This document shows, one piece after another, positions 49,893 through 59,174 of a stretch of 64,000 nt of DNA. Numbering within the stretch: the first letter of the stretch is position 1; the number at the start of each line of letters is the position of its first letter. The stretch is from assembly GCA_963675295.2 (NCBI GenBank), contig CAXXKJ010000002.1, positions 2,976,001 through 3,040,000 of the forward strand, in the 5' to 3' direction. The notes beneath the pieces are model-generated. The model saw only the letters and a program-made list of their open reading frames with translations. It was not told where the DNA came from and searched no databases. The translations under genes were made by a program, and so were the position numbers. The DNA is from a bacterium. Its GTDB lineage: Bacteria > Electryoneota > Electryoneia > Electryoneales > Electryoneaceae.

Positions 49893-52230
49893 GGACGACG
49901 GCAACCTTTCCCGTTTTGCTCGATCCGTCCGGACCGGTAACGACGATGTAGTAGACACCGCTGCCGACAAATTCGCCGTCTTCGTTGCGTCCATCCCAGC
50001 CTTCGGCGGAGGCCTCGGTGAAGTCGATGGTACGCACCAGCCGGCCGGATAGTGTGAAGAACCGGATGTCGGCGTCCGCCACCAGGCTTGTCGTGCCGAA
50101 ACGCAGACGGTCGGAAGATTTGCCGACCAGGAACGGTTGTGGCGCGACCTCGATATCGCCCAGTTCATCCGCGAAATCACGGTACGGTGTGGTGACGACG
50201 GACAGCCCGATGTTGGTGCCGACGTACATCTTGCCCGTTCTCGAGTCAATCGTCAGCGCGGTGATCTGGTTGTCCACCAACCCGCTCGGGTAGGCTCCTT
50301 CCTCGGTGGTATAGTGCTCGATCCAGGTGAAGCGGTCACGTCCGAGTACGCCGATGCCGAAATCGGTCCCGACCCAGATCTGGTCGAGTGGATCGATTTC
50401 CAGCGCGGTGATCGACTCACCCAGCGCGCCGTAGACCCTTGTGAAAACGATGTTGTCGGCAGGCAGGTTGGTATCGATGTAGAACAGCCCTTCCGGTGTG
50501 CCCAGCCACAGCAGCCCGTCCGCGCTCATCTTCATGTCATTGACATGATCGTAATCCGCACCATCGTTTGAGGAGTAGTACTTGAACTCGTCGTCCTCGG
50601 TGTGTTCCGGGGTGCCGTTCGGATTGAACATGATCAACGGATAGTCCGCCTCGGCACGCAAAGAAGCGATCCACAGCCGGCCCTGGCTGTCCATCTCGAT
50701 CACGCTGATATCGCTCGAGTACATTCCCTGCTGCGGTCCATACCGCACCCAGTCGTTCATGTCCCAGTTGTCCGGGCCCTGCACGAACCAGCGTTCCGGG
50801 ATGTAAACCAGCGTGCTGTCGTTGTAGGCGGCCATGTTCGCCACCCACAGCCCGCCGCTGGGATCCTTCTCAAATCCGTTAACGACCACATAGTTGTTCG
50901 GTGGCGTGCTCACCGGCGAGAACTCTGAGTTGGTCGCATCCAGCGCGATCAAGGTGTCGGATTCTTCCACCGACGGGCGGATGTAATAGACCCCATTACC
51001 CCAGGTGCCGATCCACGTTCCGCCGTAGGAATCGAAGTCGATCGCCGTCATTGCGGTTGACCGGCCCCACGCACCCTGCGGGTTGTTCGCTTCGGCGTAT
51101 GGATACCAGGTACCGTCTGAGAGGCGATAGACACCGCCAATTCGCGAGCTGCGTGCAGCCATCCAGACGTCACCACTGGGCGATGTGCCGAGCCTCAGCA
51201 CCTGATCGCCGCCGGGGGTGTTCGGCAGGTAATAGTCGAAATCGTTGCCGTCCCAATTGACCACTCCGCCGAAATATTCCAGATTGGTGTCCACAGCACC
51301 CCAGATTTGATCGTCGAATACGGCCAACGCCCAGAACTTGGCCGTATAATCTCCGTCAACCAGTCCGAAATCGCTGTTGCCCGGGGTTTTGCTGTAGAGA
51401 CCGTTCCCACGTCCAGCATAGAGGGTACCGTCCGGTTTCGCGGTCAAATCGAACACACTACGGGTGCTGGTGAAGGTGTCGAATGAGTTGCCGTTCCACT
51501 TGAACATGTCGCCGAGATAATAGCAGAAGTACAGTTCGCCCTGCACCACCTTGAGGAACTGCACGCCTTCCGTTTCAATGCCGGGCAGGATATCCTGATT
51601 TCCAAAAACCTCCCAGACATTCACGTCAAGCAGGTTCGCATCCAGGTCAGCTCTGGCGATTCCTCGGCTGCTGGCGACGAAAACGTCACCACAGTAGATG
51701 GCAATGTCGGTGATCTCAGTCGGACGTGACCAACTGGCAAATCCGCGGTAGGTTTCCAGCACCACCCACAAATCTTCCGTCTCGTATCGGTCGAGACGGG
51801 ACAGCCCCTGGCTGGTACCGACGAAGATGCGTCCGTTCGAGATGTGGATGTCATTGATACCTTCGACCGACTGGTCGTTGTAGAAGTCGCGCAAGGAAAA
51901 CACAACGTCCTTGTCAGCCGGGTCGAGAATGTCGATGCCGCCGTTGGTGTGCCCGATCCAGAGATAGCCAGTGGTGGAATCGTACTCGATGTCGGTGAGG
52001 AAGTTGGAAAACAGGCCGTCGTCGATGTTCAGCACCTCGAGCGCCTGCGTTTCCGGGTCAACATGCAGCAGTCCACCCTCGGACGCAGCCCAGATGTCGT
52101 CATTGGCAACGAGAATGTGTTCCGGTCGCCAACCAGAGGTGATCGTTTCCCAATCTTCTGCTTGGGCAGAGCTCACCAGCAAAAGAAGGACGGTAGCAAA
52201 CAGGACGACGAGAGAGAGATGAGATTTCAT
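49885..52230 (-). CDS. PorZ-like beta-propeller protein with C-terminal FlgD/CTD-like Ig domain
   Basis: Signal peptide; repeated D.xG.LWIGT..G propeller blades; C-terminal VAPQPF...WDGRNEDG..V.SGVY..V...GKVAVVR, as in T9SS PorZ. Confidence 0.75.
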   Translation of the reverse strand: MKSHLSLVVLFATVLLLLVSSAQAEDWETITSGWRPEHILVANDDIWAASEGGLLHVDPETQALEVLNIDDGLFSNFLTDIEYDSTTGYLWIGHTNGGIDILDPADKDVVFSLRDFYNDQSVEGINDIHISNGRIFVGTSQGLSRLDRYETEDLWVVLETYRGFASWSRPTEITDIAIYCGDVFVASSRGIARADLDANLLDVNVWEVFGNQDILPGIETEGVQFLKVVQGELYFCYYLGDMFKWNGNSFDTFTSTRSVFDLTAKPDGTLYAGRGNGLYSKTPGNSDFGLVDGDYTAKFWALAVFDDQIWGAVDTNLEYFGGVVNWDGNDFDYYLPNTPGGDQVLRLGTSPSGDVWMAARSSRIGGVYRLSDGTWYPYAEANNPQGAWGRSTAMTAIDFDSYGGTWIGTWGNGVYYIRPSVEESDTLIALDATNSEFSPVSTPPNNYVVVNGFEKDPSGGLWVANMAAYNDSTLVYIPERWFVQGPDNWDMNDWVRYGPQQGMYSSDISVIEMDSQGRLWIASLRAEADYPLIMFNPNGTPEHTEDDEFKYYSSNDGADYDHVNDMKMSADGLLWLGTPEGLFYIDTNLPADNIVFTRVYGALGESITALEIDPLDQIWVGTDFGIGVLGRDRFTWIEHYTTEEGAYPSGLVDNQITALTIDSRTGKMYVGTNIGLSVVTTPYRDFADELGDIEVAPQPFLVGKSSDRLRFGTTSLVADADIRFFTLSGRLVRTIDFTEASAEGWDGRNEDGEFVGSGVYYIVVTGPDGSSKTGKVAVVRE

Positions 52231-52300
52231 GCCGCGCAAGCTCCTCGCTGATGGTTCAACGTGAGTGTTCTGAGGATGCACCGGGCGGCCGTGGTACGAG

Positions 52301-52774
52301 TTACAGCTTCGCCAGTTTGCCGTACAGGTTCGCCATTTCGACGGCGGTCTGCGCGGCGTGGAAACCACGGTTGCCGGCCTTGGTGCCCGCGCGTTCGATC
52401 GCCTGTTCGATGGTTTCAGCGGTCAAGACGCCGAAGATCACCGGAACCTGGCCTTCCATCGCGGTTTGCGCCAGCCCTTTCGTCACCTCGGCGGCGACGA
52501 GATCGTAGTGCGACGTCGCACCGCGAATCAATGCGCCAATTCCAATGACGGCGTCCACCTTGCCACTCTTCGCGAGACGGCGGGCAACTCCCGGAATCTC
52601 GAACGATCCTGGAACCCAGGCGACGGTGACGTCATCCTCGGACCCACCCATGCGGCGAATGGCGTCCAACGCACCATCCAGCAGCTTGTTGGTGATGAAC
52701 TCGTTGAACCGGCTGACCACGATGCCGAAGCGTAAACCCTTGGCATCCAGTACACCCTCTATCACCTGCGGCAT
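52301..52774 (-). CDS. ribH: 6,7-dimethyl-8-ribityllumazine synthase
   Basis: [33 protein letters not shown]. Confidence 0.96.
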   Translation of the reverse strand: MPQVIEGVLDAKGLRFGIVVSRFNEFITNKLLDGALDAIRRMGGSEDDVTVAWVPGSFEIPGVARRLAKSGKVDAVIGIGALIRGATSHYDLVAAEVTKGLAQTAMEGQVPVIFGVLTAETIEQAIERAGTKAGNRGFHAAQTAVEMANLYGKLAKL

Positions 52775-52943
52775 GAACATTCTCCGTGATGTTCCCGAAC
52801 TCCGCCGGAGCGGAACGGTATCCTGGTTAACTTACACGTCTGAGCCCGCCATCCCAAACGGTTTGACGGAGCCATCCACCCTCTACCCTGCCTCTCGCAA
52901 CAAGTAAACCTCATTGCTCTGGACCTGCGGCTGCTGCGAAATA

Positions 52944-52999
52944 CATGCCCTCGGGCTTCAGCCCGGGATAATCCGCGTTTGCAAGCAAACATGGGCACG
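52944..52999. repeat. Structured two-hairpin repeat, homologous to copies at 55767-55937
   Basis: catgccc-tcgggcttcagcccggg-ataatccgc-gtttgcaagcaaac-atgggcacg. Confidence 0.75.
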
Positions 53000-53016
53000 T
53001 CAGATTGCTGAGCACG

Positions 53017-54225
53017 TCAGGTTGTTTTAGCGATCCGGTTTTGTCCGTTGTGCCCAAGCGAACTGTTCAGCACCAACAGCACCGCCACCGGAAGCAGGAT
53101 CGGCAGCAGGTATTTCTCCCAGTTCTGGTACGACAACGGCAGCACAGCGATATAGCTGGCGATCACCAGCAGCAATCGTGCGCCGGTGTTGGTGAATCCT
53201 CTCCGAATCGCATCCTTGTTCGACGCGAAAAGGTTGAACAATACGACACAGCCGAACACAAACGCGACCAGCAACACACCATGCACCACCAGATCTGGCA
53301 GCACTGCGTTCATCGCTTTGTGGACCAGCCCGACGGTATCAATCCCCATTTGCACCACGGTTACCTGCGACGCCCTGACCGGGAATAACAGATAGAAACC
53401 AGCAGCGGCCGGGATGATCCAAACCGAACCTTTCATCACCCGGATCAGCTTCCACGCCAACAGCAGCAAAGGGGCACTGTACACCACGAGCATCGCGATC
53501 AGGGTGGTGAACGTGTGCGGATTCCATCGCAGCGGTTCGTTCAGCGTCCATTTCGCCAGTCCCGCCGGTGGACTCAGCCCTCCCCATTGCAACATCAGCA
53601 GCAGCAACGGAAACATCGGCAGAATGGCGGCGATCAACCACCAGATACCCTGCCGTTTCTCGCTGCGCCAGACACCGAGCAACCCGATCAGTCCGGCTGA
53701 CAGCAGGAATGAGACCGCGTATTGCCGTGTCAGCAATGCAAGCGCAGCAGTCACGAGGAACCACAGCGGTTTATCGTCGAGCAACGCGAGGATAATGCCG
53801 AGCACAAAGACCTGGAACAGCATGTCGGTGTAGATGAACGCGCCGGCACCGGTGAAGTACGGATTGATCAGCAGCCACGCGGTCACCAGCAGCGCCTGCC
53901 AGTCGTGCCGGGTGCACCTTCGCAGCATGACAAAACTTAGCAGCGACGCGATCCCCGCCAGCAGCATCGACAACGGGCGCAGATTCGCCAAATCAGTGCC
54001 AAAGAGCCTGCCCCAGGCAGCGTACGCGACAAACGTCAGCGGCGGCACAACCTCGGGATAATCCCAGTGTTCAACATCGCCCTGTGAGAACAGCAGCACC
54101 GTGTCGTGGAAATGGTCCTCGTCACCCCACGGCGGACGGTCGAATCCGCCGGTCGCAAGGAGCAGCGTGCTCGCCAATACGACCGGCAGCAGGAACGCCA
54201 CCACCATCCACAGGGTCCGGGTCAC
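53017..54225 (-). CDS. Polytopic membrane glycosyltransferase (GT-C fold, PMT/ArnT/ALG10-like)
   Basis: About 10 TM helices; GDE..F in the first loop, P.PPL, YTD and RQ motifs. Confidence 0.65.
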   Translation of the reverse strand: MTRTLWMVVAFLLPVVLASTLLLATGGFDRPPWGDEDHFHDTVLLFSQGDVEHWDYPEVVPPLTFVAYAAWGRLFGTDLANLRPLSMLLAGIASLLSFVMLRRCTRHDWQALLVTAWLLINPYFTGAGAFIYTDMLFQVFVLGIILALLDDKPLWFLVTAALALLTRQYAVSFLLSAGLIGLLGVWRSEKRQGIWWLIAAILPMFPLLLLMLQWGGLSPPAGLAKWTLNEPLRWNPHTFTTLIAMLVVYSAPLLLLAWKLIRVMKGSVWIIPAAAGFYLLFPVRASQVTVVQMGIDTVGLVHKAMNAVLPDLVVHGVLLVAFVFGCVVLFNLFASNKDAIRRGFTNTGARLLLVIASYIAVLPLSYQNWEKYLLPILLPVAVLLVLNSSLGHNGQNRIAKTT

Positions 54226-54259
54226 GGTTCAGCCGTTGTCACTGGTTCCACGGAACGGG

Positions 54260-55561
54260 CTACGCGTTTTCGATCAGATGCCCCATCTTTTCCCGCTTGG
54301 TACGCAGGTAGCCGAGGTTCTTCTCGTTCGGCTTGATATCGATCGGAACCCGGTCAGCGACTTCCAGTCCGTATCCCTGCAGCCCGACGATCTTCTTCGG
54401 GTTGTTGGTCATCAGACGGATCTTTCGCACACCGAGATTCTCGAGAATCTGTGCGCCGACGCCGTAGGTTCGCAGGTCAGCCGCAAAGCCGAGCAGCACA
54501 TTCGCCTCGACGGTGTCGTGCCCCTGGTCCTGCAACTTGTAGGCGTGCAATTTGGCCTCGAGCCCGATACCGCGTCCTTCCTGCCGCATGTAGAGGAAGA
54601 CGCCCTTGCCCTCCTGCTCGATCATCTCCAGCGCGCGGTCACGCTGTTCGCCGCAGTCGCAGCGCTGGCTGCCGAGAACGTCCCCGGTGAGGCATTCGCT
54701 ATGGACACGCACCAGCACCGGTTCGTCCGGCTCCCATGTGCCCTTCACCAACGCCACGTGTTCCTTGTTATTGCCCAGTTCGCGGAAGTGAACGAGCTGG
54801 AAATCGCCATGCTTGGACGGCAGCGGCACCTCGACCCGGCGCTCGACCAACCGTTCGAAATGGCGGCGGTACTCGATCAGATCCTTGATCGTGTACATCC
54901 GGATGCCGGTCTTCTTGCTCATCTCGGTCAGTTCTGGAACGCGTGACATGGTGCCGTCATCGTTCATGATCTCGCAGATAACCGCCAGCGAATTCAGTCC
55001 GGCGAGACGAGCCAGGTCGGTGGATCCCTCGGTGTGTCCGGCGCGGCGCAATACGCCGCCATCCACCGCGATGATCGGGTGGATGTGGCCGGGTCGGGCG
55101 AAATCTTCTGGCCGCGAGGTCGGATCGGCGGCCTTCAGCACCGTCGCAGCACGGTCGGGTGCGGAGATGCCAGTCGTCGTTACCCCGACGGCGTCAATGG
55201 TGATGGTGAAGTTGGTGCTGTGCAGCGCCGTATTGTTCGAGACCATCGGCTGCAGGTCGAGTTCGGCGGCCCGTTTCTCATCCAGAGACAGGCAGATCAT
55301 CCCACGGCCTTCCTTCGCCATGAAGTTGATCGCTTCCGGGGTAATTTTCTCCGCCGCCATCACGAGGTCGCCCTCGTTTTCCCGGTCTTCGTCGTCCACG
55401 AGAATGATCATGCGGCCTTCACGCATGTCCTCGATGGCCTTCTCAATCGGGTGGAAGATCGTTTCGTTGACCGAATCGGCAGCCTTGTTCTCACTGGTGC
55501 CGTTGGAATTGGAATCGTGGCTCATGTCACGGTTCGTCTCGTTGCGAGTGTTCTCACTCAT
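54260..55561 (-). CDS. ribBA: Bifunctional DHBP synthase / GTP cyclohydrolase II
   Basis: VDDEDRENEGD, RPGH, R.GHTE, VRVHSECLTGD..GS.RCDCG, QEGRGIGL, TNNP.K. Confidence 0.96.
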   Translation of the reverse strand: MSENTRNETNRDMSHDSNSNGTSENKAADSVNETIFHPIEKAIEDMREGRMIILVDDEDRENEGDLVMAAEKITPEAINFMAKEGRGMICLSLDEKRAAELDLQPMVSNNTALHSTNFTITIDAVGVTTTGISAPDRAATVLKAADPTSRPEDFARPGHIHPIIAVDGGVLRRAGHTEGSTDLARLAGLNSLAVICEIMNDDGTMSRVPELTEMSKKTGIRMYTIKDLIEYRRHFERLVERRVEVPLPSKHGDFQLVHFRELGNNKEHVALVKGTWEPDEPVLVRVHSECLTGDVLGSQRCDCGEQRDRALEMIEQEGKGVFLYMRQEGRGIGLEAKLHAYKLQDQGHDTVEANVLLGFAADLRTYGVGAQILENLGVRKIRLMTNNPKKIVGLQGYGLEVADRVPIDIKPNEKNLGYLRTKREKMGHLIENA

Positions 55562-55687
55562 CCTGCCACTCCCATGACTGTATCGTGAATCAAGCTTTCG
55601 TAGTGACTGTATCGGTGTAGCGCACTTGCTGTCGTATTGTTTGGCACGCCAAATCCGCGCCAGTTGTATATCCTGCCCCAGGAATTC

Positions 55688-55974
55688 ATGTGTGGGTTTG
55701 TCCCAATCTACATGTCTGGGTTTATCCCAATCTTAAAAGAGCAGTGTGCCCCTTATGGCTTTGCTGTGTGCCCCGACCAGCTTGCTGGTCGGGATCATCC
55801 GCCTATCAATGTGCCCCTGATGGCTCTGCCAGCAGGGATCATCCGCGTCCGCAAGCGGACACGGGCACGATACGGGGACACACCAACCAGCTGTTTCAAC
55901 TCTCTCGCATCCGCGTCCGCAAGCGGACACGGGCACGATATGGGGACACTTTGGGGACAAAGTGTCCCCGTATC
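55688..55974. repeat. Mosaic of direct and inverted repeats between ribE and ribBA
   Basis: 23-nt direct repeat catgt(g/c)tgggttt(g/a)tcccaatct x2; structured units at 55767, 55810 and 55908; 42-nt direct repeat at 55840/55908; palindrome ggggacactttg-ggga-caaagtgtcccc. Confidence 0.85.
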
Positions 55975-55985
55975 CTACCCTTCGA

Positions 55986-56624
55986 TCAGAAACCGGCTTC
56001 CCGCAGTTTGTCCATCGTCAGGCCGCCGGCGGTGTGCGGGCCAAGCATGTTGCGGACATACTTCGCGATCAGATCCCACTCGACATGCACCTTCTCCCCC
56101 GGTTTCAAGAGATGCAGCGTGGTCTGCTGCCAGGTGTGCGGGATGATCTCGACCTCGAAGGCGTCGTCCAACCGTTTCGCGACGGTCAGGCTGACACCGT
56201 GCAACGCGACCGATCCCTTCTCCACGATGAACGGCGCATCCGCTTCCGGCAGCTCCAGCCGCAGGCGTGTCGATCCGGCCAGGGGCTGGACGTTCAACAA
56301 GTTGATCATGCCATCCACATGTCCCTGCACGAGGTGGCCGCCGAGCCGGTCGGTAGGACGCATCGCCCGTTCCAGGTTGACCGGATCGCCGGGCTTGAAC
56401 TCGCCGAGGCGGGTGCGTTGCAGAGTCTCACGCACCACTTCGACGGTGAACAGGTTCTTCTCAAGGGTGACCACGGTCTGGCAGGCACCGTTCAGCGCGA
56501 TGCTGTCGCCGATTTTGACGGTCCCGTCGAGGATCTCGTGCGCTTCGACGGTCAACGTCGCGCCCTCGCCACGGGGACGGTTCCCCCGGATGGTTCCGAC
56601 TTCTTCAATCAATCCGGTGAACAT
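55986..56624 (-). CDS. ribE: Riboflavin synthase
   Basis: MFTGLIEE, GDSIALNG.C.TV, VNLER, GGHLVQGHVD, KGSV..GVSLT. TGATG coupling with ribD. Confidence 0.96.
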   Translation of the reverse strand: MFTGLIEEVGTIRGNRPRGEGATLTVEAHEILDGTVKIGDSIALNGACQTVVTLEKNLFTVEVVRETLQRTRLGEFKPGDPVNLERAMRPTDRLGGHLVQGHVDGMINLLNVQPLAGSTRLRLELPEADAPFIVEKGSVALHGVSLTVAKRLDDAFEVEIIPHTWQQTTLHLLKPGEKVHVEWDLIAKYVRNMLGPHTAGGLTMDKLREAGF

Positions 56625-57730
56625 CAGCGGTTCTCCCGGTGAATCACACGCGCGGCGACATGCAGATCGTTGCCGATCTTGCGCCACTGCATCGGCGCGA
56701 GACGGATTGCGTCGTGCACTTTCAGGATGCCGAGGTCGCTGATCGCCTCGATGCCGGTACCGATCAGCATCGGCGCGACCACCACCTCCACCTTGTCGAC
56801 CAGGTCCTGGTCGAGGAACGATGTCCAGATCCGGCTGCCACCTTCGACGAGCAGCGATCCGACCCCGAGCTCACTGATGATGTGATGGACCTGCCGTAGA
56901 TCAACTCGTCCGTTCTCATCCGGATCGGTGTGGAACAGGGACACGTTCGGGTTGTTCGCCCACGCCGGCACCGGCGCGTCCTTGAGGCCGAACACCCAGG
57001 TCGGGGCATCGTCCGGCGTGTTGATGATCTTTGCCTTCGGATTCATGCGGAACTGGCTGTCAACCACAATCCGCACCGGGTTGCGACCCGGCACATGACG
57101 GACGGTCAGCTGGCAATCGTCCGCGGCGACGGTTCCCGATCCAACCAGCACAGCATCGTGCATCGCGCGCAGCAGGTGGGCGTAACGCAGGCTCTGCTTG
57201 CCGGATATCCACTGGCTGTGGCCGGTGATCGCTGCAATCCGGCCGTCGAGCGACTGGGCGATCTTGAGCGTGACCCATGTCCGCCCGGTCGCCGCTTTCT
57301 TCAGGTATGGCTGGTTGAGCAACGCGGCTTCGTCCTCGAGCAGGCCAACCTCGACCTCGACGCCCGCATCCCGCAGTTGTTGAAATCCTTTACCGGACAC
57401 CTTCGGGTTCGGATCTTCCATCGCGGCGACAACACGCGCAATGCCGGATTCGAGGATTCGTTCGGTACAAGGTGGTGTCTTCCCGTAATGGCAGCATGGC
57501 TCGAGGTTGACATAAAGCGTTGCACCTTTCGCCAGCTTGCCGGCTTTCTTCAGCGCGTGCACCTCGGCATGCGGACCACCGAACCGCCGGTGGTAGCCGT
57601 CTCCAACGATGACGCCGTCCCGGACCACCACCGCGCCGACCATCGGATTTGGCGCAACCCAGGCCCGTCCACGGCGTGCGAGCATGATTGCACGCGCCAT
57701 CATCTGCTCGTCGAATGTCTTTTCTTTCAG
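56624..57730 (-). CDS. ribD: Diaminohydroxyphosphoribosylaminopyrimidine deaminase/reductase
   Basis: PNPMVGAV, HAE, LEPCCHYGKTPPC, SLDGRIA, SQWIS, VEGG. Start uncertain (CTG 57730 or ATG about 57703). Confidence 0.95.
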   Translation of the reverse strand: MKEKTFDEQMMARAIMLARRGRAWVAPNPMVGAVVVRDGVIVGDGYHRRFGGPHAEVHALKKAGKLAKGATLYVNLEPCCHYGKTPPCTERILESGIARVVAAMEDPNPKVSGKGFQQLRDAGVEVEVGLLEDEAALLNQPYLKKAATGRTWVTLKIAQSLDGRIAAITGHSQWISGKQSLRYAHLLRAMHDAVLVGSGTVAADDCQLTVRHVPGRNPVRIVVDSQFRMNPKAKIINTPDDAPTWVFGLKDAPVPAWANNPNVSLFHTDPDENGRVDLRQVHHIISELGVGSLLVEGGSRIWTSFLDQDLVDKVEVVVAPMLIGTGIEAISDLGILKVHDAIRLAPMQWRKIGNDLHVAARVIHRENR

Positions 57731-57747
57731 CGTAGATCCCTCACAAA

Positions 57748-57783
57748 TACAAAAGCCCCAACGGTTTGCTACCGTCGGGGCTG
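57748..57783 (-). terminator. Riboswitch expression-platform terminator
   Basis: Minus strand AGCCCCGACGGT-AGCAA-ACCGTTGGGGCT-TTTGTATTT, between the FMN aptamer and ribD. Confidence 0.8.
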
Positions 57784-57880
57784 AGATGGACACATGCAGG
57801 GAGCCCGTTTCTCCATGAAACGGTCTCTCCACGCATCGTTAAAGATGCGTAACGTTGTGGTCCGGGGACAGATGTCCCCT

Positions 57881-58031
57881 GCCTTCTCCCATCCGGACTT
57901 TCACCGTCGGCACCGGAATTTCACCGGTCCAACCTGTAGGAGGGCTGACGAGCCACCATGGCTCTCGGGCTCCTCCGATCAGGGTCGCGGGCTCTCACCG
58001 CCGGTCTGGAATTGCACCAGGCCCCGAAGGC
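57881..58031 (-). ncRNA. FMN riboswitch (RFN element)
   Basis: Minus strand GCCTTCGGGGCCTGGTGCAATTCCAGACCGGCGGT.AGAGCCCGCGA...GGACCGGTGAAATTCCGGTGCCGACGGTGAAAGTCCGGATGGGAGAAGGC, upstream of ribD. Confidence 0.96.
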
Positions 58032-58353
58032 GTGAAAAATATAGCTGTGTTCAGGGTCACGGCGCAATCTGCCGAGAGATACCATCTTTTGTGAAACTTG
58101 TGGCTCTTGTCATTTTCTTGGATCTCAAGAGTGTATACTTACAACCGACAAGAAAAAGTGAGCATTGGGTCTTGCTTGCCGGGAGCTTGTAACGTACGTT
58201 CGGTGCGGCGTGGAAGGTGCACGGCTGAGGGGGACCCCACCTTCTTGTCTCACGGGATAGCAGATTGCTTCCATTTTCGGCTCACTTGGACTTGGATGCG
58301 TACTGTGTATCTGGTTAGCTTGGCCGTGTAGGCGCTGGAGGAGCATTTTTTCG

Positions 58354-58887
58354 ATGAGTGAGATGAGTACCGCGACTTCAGTGGAACGCACATCCCCAGG
58401 GCAGGATTCGGATGTGAAGAATTCGTCTTCCAGTCAGGCCAGCAGATCCCCGAACACGGACACTGTGTCTCGTCCAGGCAGCAACGGTCATACACCGGAT
58501 AAGACGTTGGACAACAATTCCGCAACGGCATACATGCAGGTTTCCGGACCACAGCAACCCGGCTCGCAGAAGTTCATTGAGAAGGCCGGTACCATTTTCG
58601 GCGCGTTTGGCAAGTTCATGTACAACACGTTCAGTTTCGCGATGTACATGGTGGGCTTGTTTGGATTCCTCTGCGGTGCATCGGTACCGATTGTGACTCT
58701 GTGGTTCTTCCTCAATGTGGACGTCACCATCCGCTGGTGGCACATCATCCTTGGCGTTGGCGGAAACATCGGGATCTTCATTGTCTCGATGAACATGATC
58801 CGTGATCTGTACGTGCAGCCGTTGATCGAGAAGATCGAGGCGGCGCAGTCGAGGGCGACGTGGGGCGAACCGCCGTCACGTCACTGA
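58354..58887 (+). CDS. Hypothetical membrane protein (disordered S/T-rich N-terminus, 2 TM helices)
   Basis: GGAGGAG upstream; two hydrophobic segments; followed by a terminator. Confidence 0.6.
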   Translation: MSEMSTATSVERTSPGQDSDVKNSSSSQASRSPNTDTVSRPGSNGHTPDKTLDNNSATAYMQVSGPQQPGSQKFIEKAGTIFGAFGKFMYNTFSFAMYMVGLFGFLCGASVPIVTLWFFLNVDVTIRWWHIILGVGGNIGIFIVSMNMIRDLYVQPLIEKIEAAQSRATWGEPPSRH

Positions 58888-58912
58888 GATACGCCGGTTG
58901 TGAAGCGACTCC

Positions 58913-58936
58913 AACGCCCCGGCCGGGGCGTTTTCT
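58913..58936 (+). terminator. Intrinsic terminator
   Basis: AACGCCCCGG-CCGGGGCGTT-TTCT. Confidence 0.7.
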
Positions 58937-59174
58937 CATTCCCCGCGGCTCCAGGGGAGCGATTCTTGCTTAAGTCTGGTTCAGATTAAATTGATTGTCC
59001 AAGTGTTCCAAAACGAACAAGCGCTGTCGGTCCTCCGGGAATCTCGAGGAAAAACGAGATTGGAGTGGAAATTTGGTCGGCGACGTACGTACGTTAGGAA
59101 CGCTTAACAAGTTGAGAAGGATACTATTTGTCCCGAGCCCCCCAATTGGCGCGGGCACAGAAGATTAACTGGAG

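Noticed and set aside
49893-50249. Apparent N-terminal extension of EcfT (and similar extensions of ribE, ribD, tal and the amylases)
   Set aside because: These overlap upstream genes or regulatory RNA; downstream starts with RBS or stop-start coupling fit better.
55840-55949. 42-nt direct repeat x2 with a 26-nt spacer, resembling a mini-CRISPR
   Set aside because: Only two copies, embedded in a mosaic of related structured repeats, with no cas genes or leader.
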